A DNA stretch of 64,000 bases, taken from Halanaerobiaceae bacterium (GTDB lineage Bacteria > Bacillota > Halanaerobiia > Halanaerobiales > Halarsenatibacteraceae). The stretch is from assembly GCA_003553225.1 (NCBI GenBank), contig PWDW01000225.1, forward strand, positions 1,140 through 65,139, read 5' to 3'. A program made the position numbers and the translations under genes. The notes under the pieces were generated by a model. It was given only the letters and a program-made list of their open reading frames with translations, had not been told where the DNA came from and ran no database searches. How positions within the stretch are numbered: the first letter of the stretch is position 1; each line of letters starts with the position of its first letter. This document shows, one piece after another, positions 10,133 through 18,720 of the stretch.

Positions 10133-10643
10133 TTCGAAAAAAAAATATACAGGAAGTATTCTAAATCTCAGAGTGGATAAAGTCAAATTAAAAAATGGAC
10201 ATCAGGCCCGGCGCGAGATTGTTGAACATTCAGGAGGGGTAACGGTTATCCCCCTGCTGTCAGAAAAAGAAATAATTCTGGTCCGCCAGTACCGTCATGC
10301 TGCTGATCAGGTAATGCTTGAATTACCGGCCGGGAAGCTGGAGCCTGGAGAAAATCCAAAGCAGTGCATGAAAAGGGAGCTCCGGGAGGAAACCGGCTAT
10401 ACTGCAGCCGAGATTAAAAAACTTTTTTCTTTTTACACTACTCCCGCATACAGCAGTGAACTGCTGCATATGTTTTTGGCCCGTGAACTTGATTTTAAGG
10501 GCCAGGATCTTGATGATGGAGAATTTGTGGAAATTCAGGTTATTAATAAAAGTGAAATTATGGATCTGATATTTTCCGGCCGGATAAGGGATGCCAAAAC
10601 TATTGCCGGTCTGATGTATGTGCTCCGGGGGGCGGAAGGATAA
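10098..10643 (+). CDS. nudF: ADP-ribose pyrophosphatase (NUDIX hydrolase)
   Basis: Nudix box GKLEPGENPKQCMKRELREETGY. Overall collinearity with remembered B. subtilis NudF. Overlaps the peptidase 3' end by 35 nt. Confidence 0.8.
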   Translation: MIPIEFKEKTISSKKKYTGSILNLRVDKVKLKNGHQARREIVEHSGGVTVIPLLSEKEIILVRQYRHAADQVMLELPAGKLEPGENPKQCMKRELREETGYTAAEIKKLFSFYTTPAYSSELLHMFLARELDFKGQDLDDGEFVEIQVINKSEIMDLIFSGRIRDAKTIAGLMYVLRGAEG

Positions 10644-11821
10644 TGGAGGACTATTATGGAGATTTTCATATTCATATAGGTCGGGCCAGTGGGGGAGAAG
10701 CGGTAAAAATCACTGCCTCACCCCAGCTTGATTTTGCCGGGATTGCCCGGGAATCGGTGGTCAGGAAAGGCCTGGATATGGTGGGGATTATTGACTGTGC
10801 TTCTCCACCGGTTATTAGAGATATTAAAGATCTATTGTCCCGGGGGGAGATGGAAGAGCTGCCGGAAGGTGGACTTAGATACAGAGAGGAACTGGTGATT
10901 ATTCTCGGAGCTGAAGTTGAAAGCAGAGAAAAGGGGGGAGGTCAGGCTCACTATCTGGCCTATTTTCCCTATCTGGACAATTTGTCTGAATTCAGTCAGA
11001 TTATGGAGCAGTATATTACCAATATTAATCTTAGTTCTCAATCAACCGGTCTGGAAGGCCGGGAAATCTTTCAGATAGTTAACAGTACAGGGGGTGTCCT
11101 CATACCGGCTCATGCTTTTACCCCCCACAAAAGTTTTTACGGCAGCTGTGTAAAAACTTTTACCGATATATTCACTCCCCATCAGTGGGAACAGATTCCG
11201 GCCCTGGAGCTGGGTTTAAGTGCTGATTCTAATCTGGCCGCCCACCTTGAAGAGGTCTCGGATAAGGTTTTTTTGAGCAATTCTGATGCTCACTCTCTGC
11301 CCAAAATTGCCCGGGAATACAACAAAATCAGAATGGCCGAACTCAATTTTTCCGAATTTAAAAAAGTTCTTTTTGCAGAAGACGGAAGAAAGGTTACCGG
11401 CAATTATGGACTGGACCCGAGACTGGGTAAATATCACCGTTCATTCTGTCCCGACTGTGAAAAAAGTTTTAGCTCAAAGGAGCCGGTTCTGGTATGTCCG
11501 AAATGCGGCCAGAAGAGTCTAATAAAGGGAGTTAAAGACCGGGTTTTGAATATTGGCCAAAAACCGGAGTCCGGAAATGGTGACTATCCACCATACATCT
11601 ATCAGGTACCTCTGCTGGATATTCCCGGGATAGGAGAACAGACACTTAAGCGGCTTTTGGGTGAGTTTAATACAGAAATGGAGATTCTGCACAATACTGA
11701 ACTTAATGAACTTAAAAAAGCAGTGTCCCCTAAATTGGCTGAAAAAATTGAGCTGGCCCGGAACGGCCGGGCTGAAATAAAACAGGGTGGTGGGGGAAAT
11801 TACGGAAAAGTGAAGCTCTAG
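10643..11821 (+). CDS. endonuclease Q-like PHP-domain nuclease (TIGR00375-type)
   Basis: N-terminal DFHIHIG, LGLSADSNLA, LSNSDAHS, GLDPRLGKYH, Zn-ribbon CPDC...CPKCG, C-terminal GGGGNYGKV. These blocks match my memory of archaeal EndoQ. ATG overlaps the nudF stop (TAATG). Confidence 0.7.
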   Translation: MEDYYGDFHIHIGRASGGEAVKITASPQLDFAGIARESVVRKGLDMVGIIDCASPPVIRDIKDLLSRGEMEELPEGGLRYREELVIILGAEVESREKGGGQAHYLAYFPYLDNLSEFSQIMEQYITNINLSSQSTGLEGREIFQIVNSTGGVLIPAHAFTPHKSFYGSCVKTFTDIFTPHQWEQIPALELGLSADSNLAAHLEEVSDKVFLSNSDAHSLPKIAREYNKIRMAELNFSEFKKVLFAEDGRKVTGNYGLDPRLGKYHRSFCPDCEKSFSSKEPVLVCPKCGQKSLIKGVKDRVLNIGQKPESGNGDYPPYIYQVPLLDIPGIGEQTLKRLLGEFNTEMEILHNTELNELKKAVSPKLAEKIELARNGRAEIKQGGGGNYGKVKL

Positions 11822-11829
11822 GTTAATTG

Positions 11830-11845
11830 TGTAAACAACTTTACA
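11830..11845. promoter_or_regulatory. candidate operator palindrome upstream of the ROK-gal cluster
   Basis: Perfect inverted repeat TGTAAA-CAAC-TTTACA, about 200 nt upstream of the ROK regulator start. A partial extra copy (CTGTAAAC) lies about 40 nt downstream. Confidence 0.35.
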
Positions 11846-12047
11846 GAAGAAAAAAATAATGATATACTGAATCTGTAAACTTAATTTATTTATTAAATAA
11901 AGTAAAATTAGATTTTCCTCTTCAGCATAAGATCAGGACAGGTGGAGAGAAGCAGGGGCAATCTGGTGTTAAGGTTAGCAGTCAGTATAAGCTGAGCTGA
12001 GGCTTGGAAGTGGTATGGATAAGCTGATGATGAGGTGGTATATTTTT

Positions 12048-13217
12048 ATGCAGCAGACCGGCAGTTTTCAGTTGATAAAAAAAATGAACCGCAGGATGGT
12101 TCTGCGTCTTATATTGGATCATGAAGGGATATCTCGTTCTGAGCTGGCTGAGATAACAGCTCTTTCTCCGGCCACAGTGACCAATGTGGTACGGGACCTT
12201 CTGCAGCGAGGCCTGGTTAGGGAAACCAGAGAGGGTCAGTCCAGTGGGGGTCGCCGGCCCATTTTGCTGGAAATTAAGGATGATGGTGCTTATGTGATTG
12301 GTATTGAGTGGGGAATTTCGGATATCAGTGGTATGTTAATTAATCTGGAAGGAGACAAAATTACTTTTGCCCGGGAAATTGTAGAATCTAACTGTGTGGA
12401 TCGTTTTCTTGAAATCACCCATAACCTGGTGGCTGATTTTAAAAACAGGGTCTTTCGGCCGGATAAAATATTTGGTATTGGGCTGGGAGTCCATGGTCTG
12501 GTGGATCCCCAAAAAGGCTACTCCCGTTATGCACCTCATTTTCAATGGACCAATGAACCCCTGCAGGATCTGCTGGAGGAGAGGATTGATTATCCAATAA
12601 AAATTGATAATGATGTTCGTATGCGGGCCAGAACTGAGATCTGGCAGGGCCGGGAGGATTTTGTCTACATCAATACCGGTCCGGGAATAGGTGCGGCGGT
12701 AGTTTTTGAGGGAACACTTCATTATGGACATGATTTTAGTGCCGGAGAACTGGGACATATGACCATTGATGTTGAGGGTCCACCCTGCAGCTGCGGCAAT
12801 CGGGGCTGTCTGGAGGCTCTGGTGTCCCTGGAAAAAATTGTACGAAATTTTTATCCTGATTATGATGCTGAATCATTTTTGGTACTGGAGGAAAAATGGG
12901 AGAATATCGTCAGCAGGGCTGAACGGGGTGGTGAACAAGCTGTCGAAATTTTAAAAGAGGCCGGCTATTATCTGGGGACCGGTATTGCGTCCATGATAAA
13001 TTTGTTAAATCCCGGAGCCGTTATTGTAGGCGGTTCTTTAATGGCCGCTCAGGATATTATTCTGCCCGAAATTAAAAAACAGGTGCAAAAAAGAGCTCTA
13101 CCGGTTTCGAGAAACAGTGTGAAAATATTATCTGACAAACAGGGCCTGGAAGCCGGAGCCCGGGGAGCGGGCACTGCTGTACTGGAAGAATTATTTAATC
13201 TGGAAGGGGGAAAATAG
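12048..13217 (+). CDS. ROK-family transcriptional regulator (XylR-like)
   Basis: N-terminal wHTH (ISRSELAEITALSPATVTNVV), QSSGGRRP, ROK zinc motif CSCGNRGCLEA. ATG 12048 is preceded by GAGGTGG. Confidence 0.85.
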   Translation: MQQTGSFQLIKKMNRRMVLRLILDHEGISRSELAEITALSPATVTNVVRDLLQRGLVRETREGQSSGGRRPILLEIKDDGAYVIGIEWGISDISGMLINLEGDKITFAREIVESNCVDRFLEITHNLVADFKNRVFRPDKIFGIGLGVHGLVDPQKGYSRYAPHFQWTNEPLQDLLEERIDYPIKIDNDVRMRARTEIWQGREDFVYINTGPGIGAAVVFEGTLHYGHDFSAGELGHMTIDVEGPPCSCGNRGCLEALVSLEKIVRNFYPDYDAESFLVLEEKWENIVSRAERGGEQAVEILKEAGYYLGTGIASMINLLNPGAVIVGGSLMAAQDIILPEIKKQVQKRALPVSRNSVKILSDKQGLEAGARGAGTAVLEELFNLEGGK

Positions 13218-13218
13218 G

Positions 13219-14196
13219 ATGAAGGTTATGGTAACCGGAGGTGCTGGTTATATAGGGAGTCATGTGGTTAAGGCTCTTTTAGGTTCCGGATATGAAGTAC
13301 TGGTTCTGGACAATTTGGATAAAGGACATCGGGAAGCAGTTGTGGGTGGTGACTTTATTGAAGGTGATCTGGCCGATAAAGAGCTGCTTGATGATATTTT
13401 TTCCGGACATGATATTGAGGGGGTAATTCATCTGGCAGCCCACAGTCTGGTGGGTGAATCTATGGAGGATCCCGGTAAGTACTATGACAATAATGTGTCC
13501 CGGGGCCTTAATCTGCTGGAGGCTATGATAAATAATGAGGTTGAATATATGGTTTTTTCTTCAACAGCTGCTGTATATGGGGAGCCCGAAGAAATTCCAA
13601 TTACCGAAGAACATCCTCTGCAGCCCACCAGTGTGTATGGTGAAAGTAAGCTATTTTATGAAAAAATATTAAAAAGATATGATCAAATTCATGGTCTGCA
13701 GTATACTTCACTCCGTTATTTTAATGCAGCGGGGGCAGATCCCCGGGGAGAAATAGGAGAAGCTCATGAACCGGAGACTCATCTAATACCCATTGTTCTT
13801 CAAACTGTGCTGGGAAAGAGAGATGAACTGTATATATTTGGAGATGATTATCCCACCAGAGATGGGACCTGTATCCGGGATTATATTCATGTCAATGATC
13901 TGGCCCGGTGTCATATACTGGCCCTGGAGGCTCTGATAGAAGGTATGCCCAGCAGAATTTATAATCTGGGGAATGGAGAAGGTTATTCTGTCCGGGAGGT
14001 AATAAAAACTGCTGAAAAGGTCACCGGTCAAAAAATAGATGCAAAAATTGGAAAACGAAGACCGGGAGACCCGGCAGCACTGGTCGCCAGTGCAGAGAAG
14101 GCGAAAGAAGAACTGGACTGGAAACCTGAATATCCAGATCTTGAATCAATTATTGAAAGTGCCTGGAACTGGCATTCTTCAGGAGGTTTTTCCTGA
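13219..14196 (+). CDS. galE: UDP-glucose 4-epimerase
   Basis: GGAGYIGSH Rossmann motif and YGESK catalytic motif. 325 aa. Starts 2 nt after the regulator stop. Confidence 0.9.
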   Translation: MKVMVTGGAGYIGSHVVKALLGSGYEVLVLDNLDKGHREAVVGGDFIEGDLADKELLDDIFSGHDIEGVIHLAAHSLVGESMEDPGKYYDNNVSRGLNLLEAMINNEVEYMVFSSTAAVYGEPEEIPITEEHPLQPTSVYGESKLFYEKILKRYDQIHGLQYTSLRYFNAAGADPRGEIGEAHEPETHLIPIVLQTVLGKRDELYIFGDDYPTRDGTCIRDYIHVNDLARCHILALEALIEGMPSRIYNLGNGEGYSVREVIKTAEKVTGQKIDAKIGKRRPGDPAALVASAEKAKEELDWKPEYPDLESIIESAWNWHSSGGFS

Positions 14197-14261
14197 GAAC
14201 AATGATCTTACCTCTGCTGCCTCCAGCAGCTGGGAAAAAAATATATAGAGGAGTGATTTTG

Positions 14262-14408
14262 ATGAAGATGCATAAAAAAAAGATCGAAAAAGATGATGGT
14301 CGCAATTTAATTTTTTATACTTTTGATGATTATGGGCCAGAACAGGATAACCCTGAGGAGCGGGACCGGGCCAGTATATCCAAACAATCAAAAAAGGGGG
14401 AAGCCTAA
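14262..14408 (+). CDS. 48-aa ORF resembling the N-terminal extension of long-form GalT, out of frame with galT
   Basis: AGAGGAG RBS 8 nt before ATG 14262. Peptide MKMHKKKIEKDDGRNLIFYTFDD... recalls the DGRE(L/I)(I/V)Y(F/Y)DD N-terminus of actinobacterial-type GalT. It ends at TAA 14406-14408, 1 nt before the galT ATG and in a different frame. Confidence 0.5.
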   Translation: MKMHKKKIEKDDGRNLIFYTFDDYGPEQDNPEERDRASISKQSKKGEA

Positions 14409-14409
14409 T

Positions 14410-15402
14410 ATGTCCGAATTGAGATGGGATCCTATTCGCAGAGAATGGATGATTACAGCCACACACCGTCAGAATAGAACTTTTAAACCCCCTGAAGATT
14501 ACTGCCCTTTATGTCCGACCAAAGAAGGGGGATATCCCACCGAGGTACCGGCCGAGGATTATGATCTGGTGGTTTTTGAAAACAAGTTTCCTTCCCTGCA
14601 GTTTCCACCTCCGGAGCCTGCTGTAGAGGGTACAGCCCTGATGCCGGTAAAAGAGCCGGAAGGTATATGTGAAGTTGTTCTGTTTACCGCTGACCATGAT
14701 GGGGTTATGTCCCGTAAACCTTTAAGTCGTTTTCATAAGCTGGTTAAGGTCTGGCGGGATCGTTACCGTCAGCTGGGGGAAAAAGATTTTATTGAATATG
14801 TTTTTATTTTTGAAAACAAAGGTGAAGAAGTAGGTGTGACTTTAAATCATCCTCACGGCCAGATATATGCCTATCCCTTTATACCACCGGTCATTGAAAA
14901 TGAGCTTAATTCCAGTCAGCAGCACCTAAATCATGAAGGCAGCTGTCTTTTTTGTGATGTCCTGGCCGAGGAACGAGCTGAAGGGAGCAGAATTATTGCT
15001 GAAAATGATTCTTTTACTGCTTTTGTGCCCTTTACCGCACGTTTCACTTATGAAGTTCACCTTTATGCCAAGAATCATATCCCTTCTTTTAATGATTTTG
15101 ATGCTCAAAAAGAACTTGATCTGGCCCGTTTATTAAAGGTGGTACTTCAGAAATATGATAACTTATTTGGGTTTGAGTTTCCCTATATTATGTCTATCCA
15201 TCAGCAGCCCAGCGATGGCCGGGGTCAGGATTATTCCCATTTCCACATTGAATTTTATCCCCCCTATAGATCAAAAGATAAGCTGAAATACCGGGCTGGA
15301 AGTGAGTCCGGGGCCGGAACATTCATCAATGGGACTATGCCGGAAGATAAAGCAGAAGAGCTTAGACAGAGTGAACCGGGAGGGATTTCACATGGAGAAT
15401 AA
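14410..15402 (+). CDS. galT: galactose-1-phosphate uridylyltransferase (HIT superfamily type)
   Basis: CPLCP zinc motif and active-site HPHGQIYAYP. AAGGGGGA RBS 8 nt before ATG 14410. The upstream part of the listed ORF (14323-14409) has no GalT similarity. Confidence 0.88.
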   Translation: MSELRWDPIRREWMITATHRQNRTFKPPEDYCPLCPTKEGGYPTEVPAEDYDLVVFENKFPSLQFPPPEPAVEGTALMPVKEPEGICEVVLFTADHDGVMSRKPLSRFHKLVKVWRDRYRQLGEKDFIEYVFIFENKGEEVGVTLNHPHGQIYAYPFIPPVIENELNSSQQHLNHEGSCLFCDVLAEERAEGSRIIAENDSFTAFVPFTARFTYEVHLYAKNHIPSFNDFDAQKELDLARLLKVVLQKYDNLFGFEFPYIMSIHQQPSDGRGQDYSHFHIEFYPPYRSKDKLKYRAGSESGAGTFINGTMPEDKAEELRQSEPGGISHGE

Positions 15403-16582
15403 ACAACGAATAAAAAGACTGCAGGAGACATTCCGAAAAAGATATGAAGATACAGGCTTAAAAAGCGGAGTTTTTGCCGCTCCGGGGCGGGTAAATTTGA
15501 TTGGAGAACATACTGATTATAATGATGGTTTTGTGCTGCCCATGGCTCTGGAAAAAAAAATAATGGCTGCTGCTCAGCTGCGAGAGGACCGCAAAGTTGT
15601 GGCCTATGATATGAATTATGAGCCGGAAATCAGTTTTGATCTGGACAATCTTGTTAAAAATAAAGAAAATAACTGGGCTAATTATCTGATGGGAGTGGCC
15701 GATGAGCTGCAGAAAAGGGATTATCAATTACAGGGCTTAAACATTGTTCTGGAAGGGGATGTTCCTTCAGCGGCGGGGCTCAGTTCTTCGGCGGCACTGG
15801 AAGTTGTAACTGCTATGGCCTTTGACCGACTTTTGGGGCTTGAGGTAGATCCGGTGGAAATGGCCCTGCTCTGTCAGGCTGCGGAAAATAATTTTGTGGG
15901 TGTAAACTGGGGAATAATGGATCAGTATATATCCCGGCTGGGCCGGGAAGGACATGCCCTGATGATAGACTGCCGCAGTAATGAATATGAGCTGGTGCCT
16001 TTCCAGAATGAAAATTATCGGATTGTAATCTGTAATACCAATGTTCAGCGTTCACTGGTTGATTCAGAATATAATCGCCGCCGGGAAGAGTGCAGTAAAG
16101 CTGTTGATTTTTTTGACAGTAAACTGGACAAAAAGGTTACTGCTCTGAGGGATGTAACGGTTAAAGAGCTGGAACAATATGAGTCAAAACTGCCCGAGAT
16201 TACCGCTGCCCGGGCCCGGCATGTGGTGACCGAAAACAGAAGAGTTAAGGAGAGTGTTGAGGCTCTAAACGAAGGTGACTTTGTCCGTTTTGGTCAGCTG
16301 ATGTATGATTCACATGAGAGCCTCAGGGATGATTATGAAGTAAGCTGTGAGGAGCTGGATATTCTGGTTGAGCTGGCTCAAAAACAGAATGAAGCTTTAG
16401 GGGCTCGTATGACCGGAGCCGGTTTTGGAGGTTGTACGGTAAATCTGGTGTATGAAAAGTCAACTTCTGAATTCACCGAGGCTCTACACCGGGGTTATAA
16501 AAAGGAAACCGGGATAGAGCCTGATATTTATGTAAGTTTTCCCGCTCCCGGTGCAGCTGATTTTGATAAAGAGATATGGTAA
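15392..16582 (+). CDS. galK: galactokinase
   Basis: GHMP/galactokinase signatures GRVNLIGEHTDYN, GLSSSAALEV and GAGFGGC. ATG 15392 follows GGGAGGGA and overlaps the galT 3' end by 11 nt. Confidence 0.9.
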   Translation: MENKQRIKRLQETFRKRYEDTGLKSGVFAAPGRVNLIGEHTDYNDGFVLPMALEKKIMAAAQLREDRKVVAYDMNYEPEISFDLDNLVKNKENNWANYLMGVADELQKRDYQLQGLNIVLEGDVPSAAGLSSSAALEVVTAMAFDRLLGLEVDPVEMALLCQAAENNFVGVNWGIMDQYISRLGREGHALMIDCRSNEYELVPFQNENYRIVICNTNVQRSLVDSEYNRRREECSKAVDFFDSKLDKKVTALRDVTVKELEQYESKLPEITAARARHVVTENRRVKESVEALNEGDFVRFGQLMYDSHESLRDDYEVSCEELDILVELAQKQNEALGARMTGAGFGGCTVNLVYEKSTSEFTEALHRGYKKETGIEPDIYVSFPAPGAADFDKEIW

Positions 16583-16725
16583 ACCGATCAAAAAAAGAAT
16601 TCAGTAACAAAAAACGGTATCCCGGCCGAAGAAAATGCGGTTAAGCTGGTGTAGGGCAGTGATTAAATAGAAGACATAAAGCAAAGTATAAGCAGTGAAT
16701 ATAAGCAGGTAGGGATAAATAAAGA

Positions 16726-16755
16726 TTGATTTTTAAGTCCCAAAAATAGTATAAT
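16726..16755 (+). promoter_or_regulatory. candidate sigma-A promoter for the MBL-fold hydrolase gene
   Basis: TTGATT (16726-16731), 18-nt spacer, TATAAT (16750-16755). Confidence 0.5.
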
Positions 16756-16773
16756 TAAAGTGAAAAGACATTA

Positions 16774-16795
16774 ATTTCATAAAAATTTCATAAAA
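16774..16795 (+). repeat. perfect 11-bp tandem duplication ATTTCATAAAA x2 in a 5' UTR
   Basis: 16774-16784 and 16785-16795 are identical. The repeat ends immediately before the AAGGAGGG RBS. Confidence 0.8.
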
Positions 16796-16806
16796 AAGGA
16801 GGGCTG

Positions 16807-17448
16807 ATGATGAAGTTCAAATGGTGGGGACATGCCTGTTTTGCAATTACTGGTTCTGCGGGAAAAGTGTTTGTGACCGACCCCTATGGAGAGGATTTCC
16901 CCTATAAGAAGGTTACAGACCGGGCAGATATAGTTACTATCAGCCATGATCATTTTGACCATAATGACAGCAGTAATGTGTCCGGCAGTCCGGAAGTAAT
17001 AACAACACCCGGTGACCACAGGATATCCGGTATTAAAATTACCGGACTGGAGAGCCATCATGACCAAAGTCAGGGCACAGAGCGGGGGTCAAACATAATA
17101 TATACTTTTGAACTGGAAGGCTGGAAGATTGCCCATCTGGGTGATCTGGGCCATACTTTGAATTCTGAACAGCAAAAGAAACTTTCCGGTACAGATGTAC
17201 TGCTTATACCGGTGGGAGGGCACTTTACCATTGATGCCCACCAGGCCGAAAAAATAGTAAATTTTCTAAAACCGTCCGTGGTTTTTCCGATGCATTATAA
17301 AACAGAATTGATTGATTTACCAATAGAGGGAGTAAATCCTTTTTTGGAAAAATTCCCCGGGGATAGTATAGTAAAAGTGGGTGATAGTGAGCTGTCAATA
17401 AGTGAACTGCCGTCAGCCCGAAAAATATATGTGCTTGATTATGTGTAA
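16807..17448 (+). CDS. MBL-fold metal-dependent hydrolase (UPF0173-like)
   Basis: 213 aa. KWWGHACF N-terminus and HDHFDH metal-binding motif. Confidence 0.75.
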   Translation: MMKFKWWGHACFAITGSAGKVFVTDPYGEDFPYKKVTDRADIVTISHDHFDHNDSSNVSGSPEVITTPGDHRISGIKITGLESHHDQSQGTERGSNIIYTFELEGWKIAHLGDLGHTLNSEQQKKLSGTDVLLIPVGGHFTIDAHQAEKIVNFLKPSVVFPMHYKTELIDLPIEGVNPFLEKFPGDSIVKVGDSELSISELPSARKIYVLDYV

Positions 17449-17585
17449 AATATTGAAGATAAATTTTAAGATAAGATCCTGGTAATATGTTGATAAATAA
17501 TTTTAAAAGTATATTTAAAGTGATATTTTTTCCTCAACAAAAGAGGGCAGCAAAGAAGAATGGTATTTTTCAGGAGGGGTAAAAA

Positions 17586-18680
17586 ATGCAAAATAACAAT
17601 CAGGATAGTTTTCCCCGGATTAACATCAAACCAATGGGAGAGGCTGAGACAGGTGAAGATGTTTTTCTTTATTCTTTGGTCAATGAACAGGGTATGAAGG
17701 TTGATATAACAAATTACGGAGGAATTATAGTTCGCCTGTTTGCACCGGACCGCAGTGGGAGAATGCAGGATATTGTTCTGGGCTACAATGATCTGGAGAG
17801 TTATATGGATAATCCAGCTTATTTTGGTGCTCTAATTGGCCGTTTTGCCAACAGAATCTCCGGAGGAGAATTTTCTCTGGGGGGTAAAAAATACAGTCTG
17901 GAACAGAACGAGAAAGAAGAGAATTTTGCCAACCATCTGCACGGAGGCAGCAGAGGTTTTCACAGTGTGGTCTGGGAAGCCCGGCCTTTAATGGGAGTTC
18001 AGACAGGCCTCAGACTTAATTACAGCAGTGCTGATGGAGAAGGAGGATATCCCGGAAACCTGGAAGTAGAGGTGGATTATATTTTGACGGCTGATAATGT
18101 GCTGCGCCTGGAATATCGGGTAGAAACAGATAAGCCAACCCCTCTTAATCTAACCAACCACAGTTATTTTAATCTCCGGGGTGAAGGCAGGGGGGATATA
18201 TTAACCCATGTAGTATCTCTGAATTCTGAAGAAATTACTCCCGTAAATGAAGCTCTGATCCCTACCGGTGAATTTATGTCGGTAGCAGACACTCCTTTTG
18301 ATTTTCGAAGCCCGCAGGAGATCGGGAGCCGAATTAAACAGGATCATCCTCAGCTAAAAATTGGAGGGGGTTATGATCATAATTATGTGCTTTCCGGAGC
18401 CCAGGGTGAGCTTACCCGGGCCGCTGAAGTATATGAGCCCTGGAGTGGGAGAAAAATGACCGTTCATACTACCGAACCCGGAGTTCAGTTTTATACCGGT
18501 AATTCGCTGAGTGAACAACCCGGTAAAAGTGGGCGAAAATATTACCGGCATAGTGGTTTTTGTCTGGAAACACAGCACTATCCCGACTCAGTTAATCATG
18601 AAAATTTTCCTTCGGTTATTTTACAGCCGGGAGAAGTATTTAATTCTGTTACTGAATTTGCTTTTAGTGCTGAAGGGTAA
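17586..18680 (+). CDS. galM: aldose 1-epimerase (galactose mutarotase)
   Basis: 364 aa. GRFANRI, NLTNHSYFNL and FCLETQHYPDS motifs typical of mutarotases. AGGAGGGG RBS. Confidence 0.85.
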   Translation: MQNNNQDSFPRINIKPMGEAETGEDVFLYSLVNEQGMKVDITNYGGIIVRLFAPDRSGRMQDIVLGYNDLESYMDNPAYFGALIGRFANRISGGEFSLGGKKYSLEQNEKEENFANHLHGGSRGFHSVVWEARPLMGVQTGLRLNYSSADGEGGYPGNLEVEVDYILTADNVLRLEYRVETDKPTPLNLTNHSYFNLRGEGRGDILTHVVSLNSEEITPVNEALIPTGEFMSVADTPFDFRSPQEIGSRIKQDHPQLKIGGGYDHNYVLSGAQGELTRAAEVYEPWSGRKMTVHTTEPGVQFYTGNSLSEQPGKSGRKYYRHSGFCLETQHYPDSVNHENFPSVILQPGEVFNSVTEFAFSAEG

Positions 18681-18720
18681 GTGCAGTACAGGCCTATTTT
18701 AAGACCAGAAGGGGGTTATC

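Noticed and set aside
11830-11845. Calling the TGTAAACAACTTTACA palindrome a canonical CcpA cre site
   Set aside because: The cre consensus is a 14-mer with a central CG. This site is a 16-mer with a CAAC centre, so only a generic operator call is justified.
14323-14409. Upstream in-frame extension of galT (MMIMGQNRITLRSG...)
   Set aside because: It has no similarity to GalT and no RBS. The alternative frame over the same DNA carries the GalT-like N-terminal block.
14396-14412. Programmed +1 frameshift of the prfB type at GCC-TAA-T, with AGGGGG upstream
   Set aside because: - The P-site codon GCC cannot re-pair in the +1 frame (CCU).
- The SD-like element is positioned correctly to serve ATG 14410 as an ordinary RBS.
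- A homopolymer indel, or a genuine split gene, is the simpler explanation.
15900-15925. GalK motif reads VGVNWGIMDQ rather than the more usual VNCGIMDQ
   Set aside because: This is a single-residue difference recalled from memory of the consensus. The rest of the enzyme is intact, so there is no basis for a functional claim.
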